Positions 10,832 through 20,170 are shown, numbered from the stretch's first letter. The stretch: 64,000 bases of DNA from Gammaproteobacteria bacterium (GCA_041395725.1 JAWKZW010000001.1:919127-983126), one strand, 5' to 3'. The notes: a model not told the origin generated them from the letters alone. Program-made: numbers and translations.

Positions 10832-11209
10832 TCAAAAGTTTCTGCCGCCAATGGAAGACTCACTATTCCCGGGCGGCCGACAGGAAAGCCCACAGTGGAC
10901 ACAGCGACGAGTAAAAAAATTAAGGAAAAATCCCTTCACGAAAAATTGTTTGCCACAGCGGGGACAGGCCCGGATGACCATATCTACGGCAAAAACCGCG
11001 TACACCGCCATATAGACAAACATGAGCGTGGTGACACTGCGACGTTCATTCAACAACATGAGCAGAACAAGGATGTAGAGGGGAAGCGTGTAAAAGCAGA
11101 CCATCAGCCGGCTGCGCGCTCGTTCGATTCTGCGCAGTTGCTCTTTGAGCTGCCGACTTTCTTCTTCTGATTGCCCGGTTTCCGGCTCTTTACCGTTGTC
11201 GACTGTCAC
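10832..11209 (-). CDS. Hypothetical membrane protein with CxxC...CxxC zinc-ribbon
   Basis: 125-aa ORF with an acidic/charged N-terminus, two TM segments, then CPRCGKQFF...CVHCG. Confidence 0.5.
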   Translation of the reverse strand: MTVDNGKEPETGQSEEESRQLKEQLRRIERARSRLMVCFYTLPLYILVLLMLLNERRSVTTLMFVYMAVYAVFAVDMVIRACPRCGKQFFVKGFFLNFFTRRCVHCGLSCRPPGNSESSIGGRNF

Positions 11210-11465
11210 TGACTGGTTGCTCTCGATAGTCTCGTAAGTCAGGCGATCCGGGAAATTCGTCAGTCCCGGGAGCCGGGCTCAACGCCATTCTGCACAGCGG
11301 GCTCGCCTGGGAGCCGGAGAGTGCCTATAATCGACGACTCTCTCCCTGGCTCAGGGTCAGTCAACAATCTTAGCGTTTCCACAGGACTAAAGCTATGGAA
11401 CGGAGTTCCTCACAGACCCGAAACTGTCTCGTCACCCTGCCCGCTTCGCCAGTGCAATTCTCCTC

Positions 11466-12671
11466 ATGCTGACTGTGCGTCTGAAAAAGGGCCGGGAAGC
11501 CTCATTGCTGCGTCATCACCCCTGGGTATTCTCCGGTGCAATCGAGTCGGTGGAAGGCAAGCAGACAGCGGGCGAGCCGGCAGAGGTGGTCAGTCACGAC
11601 CACAAACCCCTGGGTGTAGGCGCCTATTCTCCCCAGTCACAGTTACGCGTGCGTCTGTTCAGCTTCCAGGCCACCGGCATCGATCGCGCCTTTTTTCGCA
11701 CTACCCTGACCAGGGCGCTGGCTAAACGGGACAGCCTGCTTAATAACAGCGAGCGCACTGCCTGTCGCCTGGTATTCGGAGAATCGGATCACCTGCCGGG
11801 ACTGGTGGTGGACAAGTACGGTGATTACCTGGTGTGCCAGTTTCTGTTTGCCGGGCTGGAGCCCTGGAAAACCGATCTGGTCGAATTGCTGGCTGAACTG
11901 ACCGGCTGTCGGGGTATCTTTGAACGATCCGACACGGCGGCGCGTAAAAGAGAAGGTCTGGAACCCAGTGAAGGCCTGCTGTGGGGGGAACCACCCCCGG
12001 AAACCCTGTTGATTCGCGAAAATGGCCTGCAACTGGAGGTCGATGTCAGGAGCGGGCAGAAAACCGGTTTCTACCTGGACCAGGCCGACAATCGCCAGGT
12101 TATCAGGCCCTACTGCCAGGGCCGGGAGGTACTCAATTGTTTCGCCTATACCGGCGCCTTCTCCCTGACCGCACTGGCCGCCGGTGCCAGGCGGGTAACC
12201 AGCGTCGATTCGTCCCGACCTGCACTTGCCATACTGCAGCGTAATATCCATCACAATGGCCTTGACGAAAACCGTCACGCCACTGTAGAGGCTAAAGTCG
12301 GTAACCTGTTAAGAGAATGGCAGACGCAGGGCCGGCAGGCCGATCTGGTGATCCTGGATCCGCCAAAGTTTGCCGAACAGAAGTCCCAGGTCATGAAGGC
12401 AGCCCGGGCCTACAAGGATCTGGCGATGCAGGCGGTGAAACTTATTTCGCCGGGAGGCTTTCTGGTCACCTTCTCCTGTTCGGGCGCCATCGACCTGAAG
12501 CTGTTTCAAAAAATTACCGCCGACGCTTTTCTCGACGCCGGCCGTGAGGGCGAAATCGTCGATTATCTGCATCAGTCTGCCGACCACCCGATTGCCCTGG
12601 CGTTCCCCGAGAGCCAATACCTCAAGGGTCTGATCTGTCGTGTCAACGACCAGGGGACCTCTCCTCAATAA
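11466..12671 (+). CDS. rlmI: 23S rRNA (cytosine1962-C5)-methyltransferase RlmI-like
   Basis: 401-aa ORF. The N-terminus MLTVRLKKGREASLLRHHPWVFSGAIE (PUA-like) and the class I SAM-MTase core ending DLVILDPPKF are collinear with RlmI/YccW as I remember it. Confidence 0.85.
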   Translation: MLTVRLKKGREASLLRHHPWVFSGAIESVEGKQTAGEPAEVVSHDHKPLGVGAYSPQSQLRVRLFSFQATGIDRAFFRTTLTRALAKRDSLLNNSERTACRLVFGESDHLPGLVVDKYGDYLVCQFLFAGLEPWKTDLVELLAELTGCRGIFERSDTAARKREGLEPSEGLLWGEPPPETLLIRENGLQLEVDVRSGQKTGFYLDQADNRQVIRPYCQGREVLNCFAYTGAFSLTALAAGARRVTSVDSSRPALAILQRNIHHNGLDENRHATVEAKVGNLLREWQTQGRQADLVILDPPKFAEQKSQVMKAARAYKDLAMQAVKLISPGGFLVTFSCSGAIDLKLFQKITADAFLDAGREGEIVDYLHQSADHPIALAFPESQYLKGLICRVNDQGTSPQ

Positions 12672-12835
12672 CCAGCTGACCCTGAAAAATCCGCCGGCAA
12701 AGCCCGCCTGCTGTCGGTCTGTAACAAGAGCAGACCATTGCTGCACACTACGCCCGGCGGCATTGTCCGCCTGACCGTCGCGGTTCCGCAGGATCTGTGC
12801 GGAGAATCTTTACGCAACGGGTTTTTCCCGCGCCG

Positions 12836-15800
12836 TCACCGGGCGCCCGCCTGCAGGCCGAACTCCAGCACCAGCCAGCCGTCTTCGTCCGGCTCGCCAG
12901 CTTGTGATTCACCAGTCCCCAGTTGTGCAGGGTCCAGTTCTCCTCCCGCCAGCAGGAAATCCCTGATGGCAGTAACACGGGCTTCGGCGAGCGCTTTCAG
13001 CTGCTGATCAGAGACGGACTCCGCGGCAGTCAGACGGCTGCGAAGGTCCTCCACGTAGGCCTGCACATCCGGCTGGCGGCTGGACAAGGGTTCACCGGTC
13101 AATGGATTAGTCACGGTGGTCTCAATGTAATTGGCCGCCTGCAACTCCGCCGGAGAGGGAGTCAGACCAGCCTCCAGGTACAGGGCTTCCAGGGCCGCGA
13201 GACGCCGGTCAGTTAGCGACGATTCCTGATCCGGCAATTCTTCGATACGGGCATTCACCTTCTCGATCATCAGGCTTTCCTGCAGTGCCTGACGATCGGC
13301 TTCCCCCGCCAGCAGCGGTAATTCCAGCACCAGCTCAGGCCGCTGCGCCAGAGCCTGACGCAGCTGGTCCAGCACCTGGCGTTCCGGCGGTGCGAGAGCA
13401 GCCCGGCCGGCCTGAAATTTTATGTTGCTGATATCGTCTTCCTGCCCCCCCACCAGTGAGCCCAGCAGCCGGAACGGCGCAGTCACCAGGTTGGTCAGCA
13501 CATTGGTGAGAGCCCGGCGTATTGCCGGCCCCAGGTTAAACTCCGGGCTGTTGACATCGCCGCTGACTGGAACTTCCAGATCGATTACTCCCCGGCTGTC
13601 TTTAAGCAGGGCCATTGCCAGATCCAGGGGCAGGTCCATGGCGTCAGGATGCTCAACCCGCGCACCGAGGCTCAGGTCACGCAACACCACCTGATTATTA
13701 GCCGTCAATTGACCGGCCTCCATGAGGTAGGAGAGATCCACGTCCATGTTGCCACTGGCGATTTCACGACCGGCGAACTTAATAACATAGGGTGTCAGTG
13801 GCGGCAGGTCCAGATTGCGAAACTGCAGCTCGATGCGACTCTGCTCCGTAATCGCGAAGGGATTGAAACTGCTGTCCAGCTGCACCAGGCCGTATTCATC
13901 CACATTCCCTTCCAGGATGAATTCAATAGGCTGACTGGACGGCGCCGAGAAACCCTCGGCCGTGCCTGCCAGTTCACGGATGTCGGCGGCAAACGGAATC
14001 GGCAGGTTCAGGTCGGTGAAATGAGACGCGCCGTTGGCTACCTGGATCCGGCCAATGGTCAGTGTCACGGGTAATGCCGCTGTGACGGCGGCGGTGTCGG
14101 CGTTAGTGTCGGCGTTAGTGCCGGTCGTTGCTTCCAAGGTTGTAGCGGCGGCGGTCGCGGCGACTTCAGAACCTGAGGTATCGGTTTGCCTGGCGAGCTG
14201 GCCGACATTGGTGCTGCCGTCTTCGTCAATCAAAACCCGCGCATAGGGGGAATCGAAAACCAGCTCGGAAATGTCCAGCGAGTTCCCGGCCAGGGAAAAG
14301 CTCACCCCGGTTACCGCTAATTCTGCCAGACTGACCAGAGTTTCCTGTAACCGCTGATCCGCCACCGAGAGCTCACGCAGCTGAACATCGCCCCGATAGG
14401 AAAAGGGTTCGTCGCCGCTCACCCGCAGCTCGCTCTGAAATTCCAGCAGTGCGCTTTCCAGCTGCACCAGTGCATATTCACCGATATAGGGCTGCAGCAC
14501 CGTCAGATCCAGCGCTGCCAGCGAGGCGCTGGCGTTCAGAACCGGTTCCGGCAGGGCACCCACTTCACCCTGCACCTGCAGTTCGCCACCGGAATCGAAG
14601 GCCACGCTGACCTGCAGCGGGAACAGGGCCTCTGCCTGATTGCTCAGATCGGTCAGTTCCACATTCAGCTGGACGCCGAACTGGCCGGGTGTCTCCAGGC
14701 TGCGGTCGCTGAATGTCACCCGATTATCCACCAGCACCAGGCGCTCCAGGCTGAGTTCCCAGGGGGCCCCGGCACTGGCCTGATCGGCAGCCGGTGTTGT
14801 CGGGCCAGCGTCAGCGTCGCCGGTCATGGCAGCGATCATCTGCTGCAGGTTGATCTGCCCATCGGCCTCACGGGACACTGCCAGCTCGACCTGGTCCAGT
14901 TGCAGGCTTTCCAGTTCCACGCGATTGTCTGGTATGGCTACACGGCCGTTGCTCACCTGGAGACGACCGGCGGTCAGAAAGGGCTGGGGCTGTCCCGCCT
15001 GCACAGCGGCCAGGTCACTGACCGACAACTGCACCTGATCCAGTGCCAGGACCAGTTGCTCGCCGGACAGGTCAAGCCGATAATCCAGCCCGGCGTTCAA
15101 TCTGCCGCTATCGAGAGTCAGTGGCAGGGTGTCCTGCAGGTAGCGGCTGACCACGCCGAGCGAAAAATTCTCCAGGTTAAGCTCACCCGTGAACAGCGGT
15201 GGATTAAGCTGCAGTTCACCACGCCAGCCCAAACGCGCCTGATCTTCAAAGTCAAAGGTCAGGACATTCGAGCCTTCACTGTCCCGCAACGAGGACAGGT
15301 TGGCAATTCGAGCGTCCGTCAGGGTAAGCGTGGTCTCGAAAGGGGTAACGGGTACTTCATCCCTGATAGAGAGATTGATATCAGTAAGGCTGATATTTTC
15401 AAGCTGGAATGGAAAGGGTTCGCTCGCCTCTTCCGGTTGCAGTTCAGGCGGGGCAGCCGGCCCGGTGGCCGTCGCCGACCAGGTCTGTGCCAGCCGCGAC
15501 ACTGTATCCAGCCCGTCCTGATCGCGTTCAAAATAAAATTGCAGGCTCTGCACCGACAGTTCGGCAAGCTGTAATCTGAGCAGTGCCAGCCTGGTCGGTT
15601 GCACGTTGGCAGTTAGTGTCTGCATTTCCAGCAGTGGTCCGGTAGTCCTGTCAACGACCTGCAGACCATCCACCCGGGCATAGAAAGTAAAAGGGTTGAA
15701 GTAGATCGATTCCACCTCGGTGGTCAGACCCAGGCGCTGGTCCGTAATTGACCTAAGCTGTCTTTCCGCCAGCCACGGTACACCGAAAAAGCCTGTCAGA

Positions 15801-15877
15801 GAATAAACGACCAGGACACCCGCGCACCACCAGGCTGGCTTGGGAATATTCTTAAGAATTTCTTTTACGGGTCTCAT
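12836..15877 (-). CDS. DUF748 domain-containing (AsmA-like) giant envelope protein
   Basis: 1013-aa ORF with an N-terminal anchor KPAWWCAGVLVVYSLTGFFGVPWLAERQL, then long repetitive beta-rich sequence typical of DUF748/AsmA-like proteins. Confidence 0.75.
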   Translation of the reverse strand: MRPVKEILKNIPKPAWWCAGVLVVYSLTGFFGVPWLAERQLRSITDQRLGLTTEVESIYFNPFTFYARVDGLQVVDRTTGPLLEMQTLTANVQPTRLALLRLQLAELSVQSLQFYFERDQDGLDTVSRLAQTWSATATGPAAPPELQPEEASEPFPFQLENISLTDINLSIRDEVPVTPFETTLTLTDARIANLSSLRDSEGSNVLTFDFEDQARLGWRGELQLNPPLFTGELNLENFSLGVVSRYLQDTLPLTLDSGRLNAGLDYRLDLSGEQLVLALDQVQLSVSDLAAVQAGQPQPFLTAGRLQVSNGRVAIPDNRVELESLQLDQVELAVSREADGQINLQQMIAAMTGDADAGPTTPAADQASAGAPWELSLERLVLVDNRVTFSDRSLETPGQFGVQLNVELTDLSNQAEALFPLQVSVAFDSGGELQVQGEVGALPEPVLNASASLAALDLTVLQPYIGEYALVQLESALLEFQSELRVSGDEPFSYRGDVQLRELSVADQRLQETLVSLAELAVTGVSFSLAGNSLDISELVFDSPYARVLIDEDGSTNVGQLARQTDTSGSEVAATAAATTLEATTGTNADTNADTAAVTAALPVTLTIGRIQVANGASHFTDLNLPIPFAADIRELAGTAEGFSAPSSQPIEFILEGNVDEYGLVQLDSSFNPFAITEQSRIELQFRNLDLPPLTPYVIKFAGREIASGNMDVDLSYLMEAGQLTANNQVVLRDLSLGARVEHPDAMDLPLDLAMALLKDSRGVIDLEVPVSGDVNSPEFNLGPAIRRALTNVLTNLVTAPFRLLGSLVGGQEDDISNIKFQAGRAALAPPERQVLDQLRQALAQRPELVLELPLLAGEADRQALQESLMIEKVNARIEELPDQESSLTDRRLAALEALYLEAGLTPSPAELQAANYIETTVTNPLTGEPLSSRQPDVQAYVEDLRSRLTAAESVSDQQLKALAEARVTAIRDFLLAGGELDPAQLGTGESQAGEPDEDGWLVLEFGLQAGAR
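14094..14117. repeat. In-frame 12-bp tandem duplication (GTGTCGGCGTTA x2) inside the DUF748 gene
   Basis: Read directly from the sequence. It encodes the TNADTNAD duplication in the protein. Confidence 0.9.
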
Positions 15878-15959
15878 TGTCGAATTCCACTCGGCGGGTT
15901 GTGATAGGCCAGAATTTTAAGCTTCCAGTAGGATAACAGGTTAGCACAGCGTCGCCACT

Positions 15960-16541
15960 TTACAGCTGGCTGGACAGCGGTACCAACTGCATCAGCCTGA
16001 AGAGAACCCGTTGCCAGAAGCCATGGGCAGGTTCCCGGCCGAGTACCTCCACGCCTGCCTGCCACTCGATCCCGGCAGTGGTGAGGACCAGATGATAGGC
16101 ATTCTCTGTCCTGATCATCTCATCAAAGGATCGCCGTAGCGCGGTTACCAGGTCACTCGATACCAGCATGACACCCAGTTCGGTATTGAGATACAGAGAC
16201 CGTGGGTCCAGATTCATGGACCCGAGGAAGACTGCCTTATCATCAAAGAGAATGTACTTGGAATGCATCGTGGCCAGGGCCTCACCCGAGTCCTACGCCA
16301 GCCTGGCGTCCGGGCGAAACTCGTAAAGCTCGACACCCATTTCGAGCAGGCGTCGACGAAACCGTGTGTACGCGGCGTGGGCGCTGGTGTGGTTGTTGGT
16401 TGCCAGCGAATTGGTCAGGATCGTGACTCGCACGCCCCGGTCAATCAATCTCGCGCCGATCTCCAGCAGAGTCTGATCCAGAGGCTTGAAGTCGTGCCTG
16501 ATCTGGCGCGCATCAGCAATAGTCTCCCACGGACCCTGTTC
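15960..16541 (-). pseudogene. Phospholipase D / cardiolipin-synthase-like family gene remnant (second HKD half only, in-frame TAG)
   Basis: The 102-aa track ORF carries the HKD motif (HSKYILFDDKAVFLGSMNLDPRS). The same frame continues upstream as ...LDQTLLEIGARLIDRGVRVTILTNSLATNNHTSAHAAYTRFRRRLLEMGVELYEFRPDARLA. It is interrupted by TAG at 16295-16293 and closed by TGA at 16544-16542. No first HKD domain is present. Confidence 0.65.
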
Positions 16542-16730
16542 TCACCCTGCCCTGCCCTGCCTGCCCCAACAGCAGGCGCGAAACAGACAGGCTTTGCCCG
16601 CCGGTCTGCTCCAGAAAAAGTAGTAATGGCTGGCCCACAGAGACACGGACGGGGCCATTGACGAGGCGGGATAGCCGTCAGCCATGGTAGCCACCAGGCG
16701 AATCCTGTGACTTGAGATAGGTCATGACAT

Positions 16731-16758
16731 AGGGGACAGACCACGGTTTTCTGCAGAA
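16731..16758. repeat. Inverted partial copy of the 36-bp repeat unit found at 16852-16923
   Basis: AGGGGACAGACCACG (16731-16745) is the exact reverse complement of CGTGGTCTGTCCCCT in the tandem units. Flanking similarity (TTCTGCAGAAAAC vs GTTCAGATTAAAC) has indels. Confidence 0.7.
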
Positions 16759-16851
16759 GTTGTGGTTTATCGTGGGTGATAGCCTTCTTCTTTACGGGAA
16801 AGCTTACCCTGGTCAGCGAACGGAGCAGAGCAGGATTGGCAGACCGCCAAC

Positions 16852-16923
16852 CAGTTCAGATTAAACGTGGTCTGTCCCCTCTTGAATCAGTTCAGATTAA
16901 ACGTGGTCTGTCCCCTCTGGCCC
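16852..16923. repeat. Tandem direct repeat, 2 x 36 bp (CAGTTCAGATTAAACGTGGTCTGTCCCCTCT core)
   Basis: 31 consecutive identical nt at 16852 and 16888. The second copy ends 2 nt before the stop codon of the ABC exporter gene. Confidence 0.95.
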
Positions 16924-16925
16924 GT

Positions 16926-18776
16926 CTACTGATAGCCTGCCGCCTGCAACCTGAACAGCTGGGCATACTGCCCCCCTGAATCCAACAGGCTCTGATGCGA
17001 ACCCTCTTCGATAATGTGGGCCTTGTCCAGGACGATAATATGGTCCGCCATGCGCACGGTGGAAAAGCGATGGGAAATAATAATTGAGATCCGATTGGCG
17101 GTAAGCTCGCGGAAATGGGCGAAAATCTCCGCCTCTGCCCTGGCATCAATCGCCGCGGTGGGTTCGTCCAGAATCAGTACATCGGCCTCACTGCGCATGA
17201 AGGCCCTGGACAGGGCGATCTTCTGCCATTGCCCGCCGGAAAGTTCATTGCCGGCCTGGAACCAGGTGCCAAGCTGGGTGTCATAGCCCTCTGGCAGATC
17301 GGCTATAAAGTCCGCCGCCAGCCCCTTTACGGCAGCTTCGGACACCCGGTCCTGTTGATCCAGATGGCGGACATCGCCGACACCGATATTCTCGCTTACC
17401 AACAACTGGTAGCGGGCGAAATCCTGGAAGATCACGCCGATTTTCTGGCGCAGTGCGTCAACATCCCACTCCCTCAGATCCAGCCCTTCAAAATAGATGG
17501 TACCTTCCGTCGGATTGTAGAGTCGGGTCAGCAGCTTGATCAGAGTAGTCTTACCACTGCCATTCTCCCCGACGATTGCCAGGCTTTCTCCTGGGCGGAT
17601 CTGCAGGTTGACGTTTTCCAGCGCCGGCCGGGTACTGCCAGGATAATAAAAACTCACCTTGTCAAACCTGATGCCCTGCTCCGGGGCCGGCCCCGCCGCC
17701 TTATCCCCGGCTGGCTCCGGAACCTCGTGCTCAAGATATTCGATGAAATTGGACAGGTAAAGGTTATCCTCGTACATGCCATTGATAGACGTCAGGCTAC
17801 TGGTTACTGCCGTCTGTCCCTGACGGAACAGCGCCACGTACATCGTCATTTGACCGATCGTTATAGTTGCGGCAATGGCTGCAAAAGCGACCCAGCCATA
17901 GGCGAAGTAGAAAGCCGCACTGGCCAGCAACCCCAGAACATAGCCCCAGAAGCCCCGCCGCAGCACTAGGTTACGATCTTCGAGGTAGATACGCCGGAAA
18001 ATATCCACGTAGCGCTGCAAAAAAAGCTTACCCAATTGCAGCAACTTGACTTCCTTCACACCGTCTTCGCGGGTCAACACCATTTCCAGGTAGATCTGCA
18101 TGCGCCTTTCCGCGGAGCGGCGACGATAGATACGGAATGCTTCGCCGGAAAATCGTGCTTCGGCAACGAACGCCGGCACTCCGGCAAGCCCCAGCAGCAA
18201 TACCGCGTAGGGTGAAAACTGGAACAACAGGCCGCCCACTGCCACCAGGGAGATAAAGTCTTTAATAACGTCGAAAGTTTTCGTTACCAGGCTCAGGGGG
18301 CGACTTGAGGCCTCGCGTCGTGCCCTGACCAGTTTGTCGTAGTATTCTGAATCCTCGAAATGCGCCAGCTCCAGAGTCAGGGCCTTTTCCAGGATCATCA
18401 CGTTGACCTTGTTGCCCAACAGAACCCGCAGAATTGACTGACTCACCGTATTGATGCGCTGGGCACCGGTCATGATCACCACCAGGCCGGCTTCCAGCAG
18501 CACATAGAACAGTACATCACTGCGGGCCTGATCTCTGACGTCACCGCTCTGCTGCACCGCGGTTACCACCGAATCAACAATGAACTGGCCGACAAAAGCG
18601 ATGGCGGCCGGCATCACACCCGCCACCAGGTTGGCCAGCCCGAGTACAATCGTCAGCGCGGCGCTGGTGCTCCAGACAATCTGCAGCGCCACCTTGCTGT
18701 ATTTAAACGCCGACAGAAAGCGTGTGAGGCGGGATTCAGGATTTTTACTGTTCAATGTGCCTGGACCAGGATTCAA
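16926..18776 (-). CDS. ABC transporter, fused permease/ATP-binding exporter (MsbA-like type)
   Basis: 616-aa ORF with an N-terminal 6-TM domain and an NBD: Walker A GENGSGKTTL, signature LSGGQWQK, Walker B VLILDEPTAAID. Confidence 0.9.
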   Translation of the reverse strand: MNPGPGTLNSKNPESRLTRFLSAFKYSKVALQIVWSTSAALTIVLGLANLVAGVMPAAIAFVGQFIVDSVVTAVQQSGDVRDQARSDVLFYVLLEAGLVVIMTGAQRINTVSQSILRVLLGNKVNVMILEKALTLELAHFEDSEYYDKLVRARREASSRPLSLVTKTFDVIKDFISLVAVGGLLFQFSPYAVLLLGLAGVPAFVAEARFSGEAFRIYRRRSAERRMQIYLEMVLTREDGVKEVKLLQLGKLFLQRYVDIFRRIYLEDRNLVLRRGFWGYVLGLLASAAFYFAYGWVAFAAIAATITIGQMTMYVALFRQGQTAVTSSLTSINGMYEDNLYLSNFIEYLEHEVPEPAGDKAAGPAPEQGIRFDKVSFYYPGSTRPALENVNLQIRPGESLAIVGENGSGKTTLIKLLTRLYNPTEGTIYFEGLDLREWDVDALRQKIGVIFQDFARYQLLVSENIGVGDVRHLDQQDRVSEAAVKGLAADFIADLPEGYDTQLGTWFQAGNELSGGQWQKIALSRAFMRSEADVLILDEPTAAIDARAEAEIFAHFRELTANRISIIISHRFSTVRMADHIIVLDKAHIIEEGSHQSLLDSGGQYAQLFRLQAAGYQ

Positions 18777-18829
18777 TTGCAGGGGGTGGACGGTTTACGC
18801 CGCTGTGGTGATAGTAGATTCCAGCAAAT

Positions 18830-18856
18830 AAAAAAGGGCTCCGTTTACTGGAGCCC
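18830..18856 (-). terminator. Rho-independent terminator downstream of the methyltransferase gene
   Basis: On the minus strand: GGGCTCC-AGTAAAC-GGAGCCC followed by TTTTTT. Confidence 0.6.
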
Positions 18857-18917
18857 TCTATGATAGCCGAGCAGTCACCGAATCGCGACGGCCCGGGGCG
18901 GTTACCGCAATCCGGCC

Positions 18918-19622
18918 TTAAAGCTTCATCAGTCTGATAACGATCCTGTCGGTATTACGACCGAGACTGGGGTCGGTGGGGGACAGGGTATGATCGTCGG
19001 CGGGATTGTCCAGTACCTGACTCACTCCTACCACCGCAAAACCGGCCTGGGTGACCGCCCTCACCACCTCATCGAAAGCGATTCGGTGCAGAGCGGCATT
19101 GTCGGCGCCAGGAGTCCCCTCATGGTCGATGATCCCGAGAATACCGCCCGGCTTCAGAGCAGTCATAACCTGCTCCAGAATGCCCTGCGCGACCTGGGGA
19201 TCCCGATTGTGGAAATCATGGAAGTTCAACGCCGTCATGGCGACATCCACTGAGCCGGGCGCGGCATCGCTGATGGCACCTACCAGCTCGACATTTCCCA
19301 GGCGATTGGCCCTGGCAGTGGCGACTTCTTCCGCACTGCTGCCCGGTCGGTTCTGCATCAATACTGTACCGTTCGCACCTACCGCGTAGGACAGCACTTC
19401 GGTGTACCAGCCCGTCGAGGCGTTGATATCCAGCACTGTCATCCCCGGTTCAACACCAAAAAAGTCCAGCACCTGAGGTGCCTTGCGGCTGGCATCCCGC
19501 TCTTTATCCGCAGCAGGCCGGTCCGGGTTGGCCATAGCCTGTTCCAGACTGGCAATATCCAGTGCCGATGCGGTACTGCAAACCAGGCATGCTGCTGCCA
19601 GCAGGGAGGAAATGAATTTCAT
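18918..19622 (-). CDS. Class I SAM-dependent methyltransferase-fold protein with N-terminal signal peptide
   Basis: 234-aa ORF. MKFISSLLAAACLVCSTASA looks like a Sec signal peptide. MTase motif I is VLDINASTGWYTE, and GGILGIIDH lies later. Confidence 0.75.
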   Translation of the reverse strand: MKFISSLLAAACLVCSTASALDIASLEQAMANPDRPAADKERDASRKAPQVLDFFGVEPGMTVLDINASTGWYTEVLSYAVGANGTVLMQNRPGSSAEEVATARANRLGNVELVGAISDAAPGSVDVAMTALNFHDFHNRDPQVAQGILEQVMTALKPGGILGIIDHEGTPGADNAALHRIAFDEVVRAVTQAGFAVVGVSQVLDNPADDHTLSPTDPSLGRNTDRIVIRLMKL

Positions 19623-19713
19623 AGACTTCTACCTTTTCTCAGTGACTTCAATTTGATTGGGAGTGAATGGCGCTGGTTGCAGCGCTTATACTTGTTGGGT
19701 TTGTCCCACTTTC

Positions 19714-19737
19714 TATTTATCTAATTATCTAATTATC
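19714..19737. repeat. Tandem octamer (TATTTATC TAATTATC TAATTATC) upstream of the methyltransferase gene
   Basis: Read directly. On the minus strand it reads GATAATTA GATAATTA GATAAATA, about 90-115 nt upstream of ATG 19622. Confidence 0.85.
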
Positions 19738-20062
19738 GATTGATCAGGTTAGTGATCTGTCGATGCGACAGGGAAGCTGACAGCAATGATGGCGACAAGC
19801 CATCGTCCCAGCCGGTCAGCTGCAACAGACAGACCCCGTCGGGCCTCGCAGAGCATAAACCAAGCACGCTACCGAGTATAGCGCCTGTGAGCCGCTCGCC
19901 GCGGCAGGTGGTTAACTCGTAGCTTAGACTGCACTGAATCGACAGCGCAACGGCATTGATCCGCGCAAACCTGCACCTGGAGTCAGCAGACTTTGCGGCT
20001 GCCCCCCCCGCTGGCAGAAACAGAAACTCTTGCCTGCTGAGCCTTGGCCATTTTCCCAGGGC

Positions 20063-20090
20063 AAAAAAAAGGCCGCTGGGCATTGCGGCC
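20063..20090 (-). terminator. Rho-independent terminator downstream of the 62-aa ORF
   Basis: On the minus strand: GGCCGC-AATGCCCA-GCGGCC followed by TTTTTTTT. Confidence 0.65.
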
Positions 20091-20170
20091 ATCAGGCTTA
20101 CTAACCAAGGTTTACGTTATTATTTTTAAGTACAACCTTTGTAGTGCTAGTCTGTTAAGTACTGTTCAAC

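Noticed and set aside
16445-16744. 99-aa minus-strand ORF upstream of the PLD remnant, considered as the missing N-terminal PLD half
   Set aside because: It is in a different frame, is Cys/Trp/Pro/Arg-rich with no HKD motif, and spans the repeat-laden degenerate region.
16852-16923. 36-bp tandem repeat considered as a CRISPR array
   Set aside because: There are only two directly abutting copies with no spacers, no cas genes and no leader. It is annotated as a simple repeat instead.
19714-19737. GATAAT-containing tandem octamer considered as a Fur box
   Set aside because: Fur boxes are built from 6-bp GATAAT-type units in a 19-bp dyad. Here the period is 8 bp, all copies are direct, and there is no dyad symmetry. 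It is kept only as an uncharacterised repeat.
19733-20092. 119-aa minus-strand ORF in the methyltransferase upstream region
   Set aside because: Its start codon lies inside the rho-independent terminator of the upstream gene. The product is low-complexity with no RBS.
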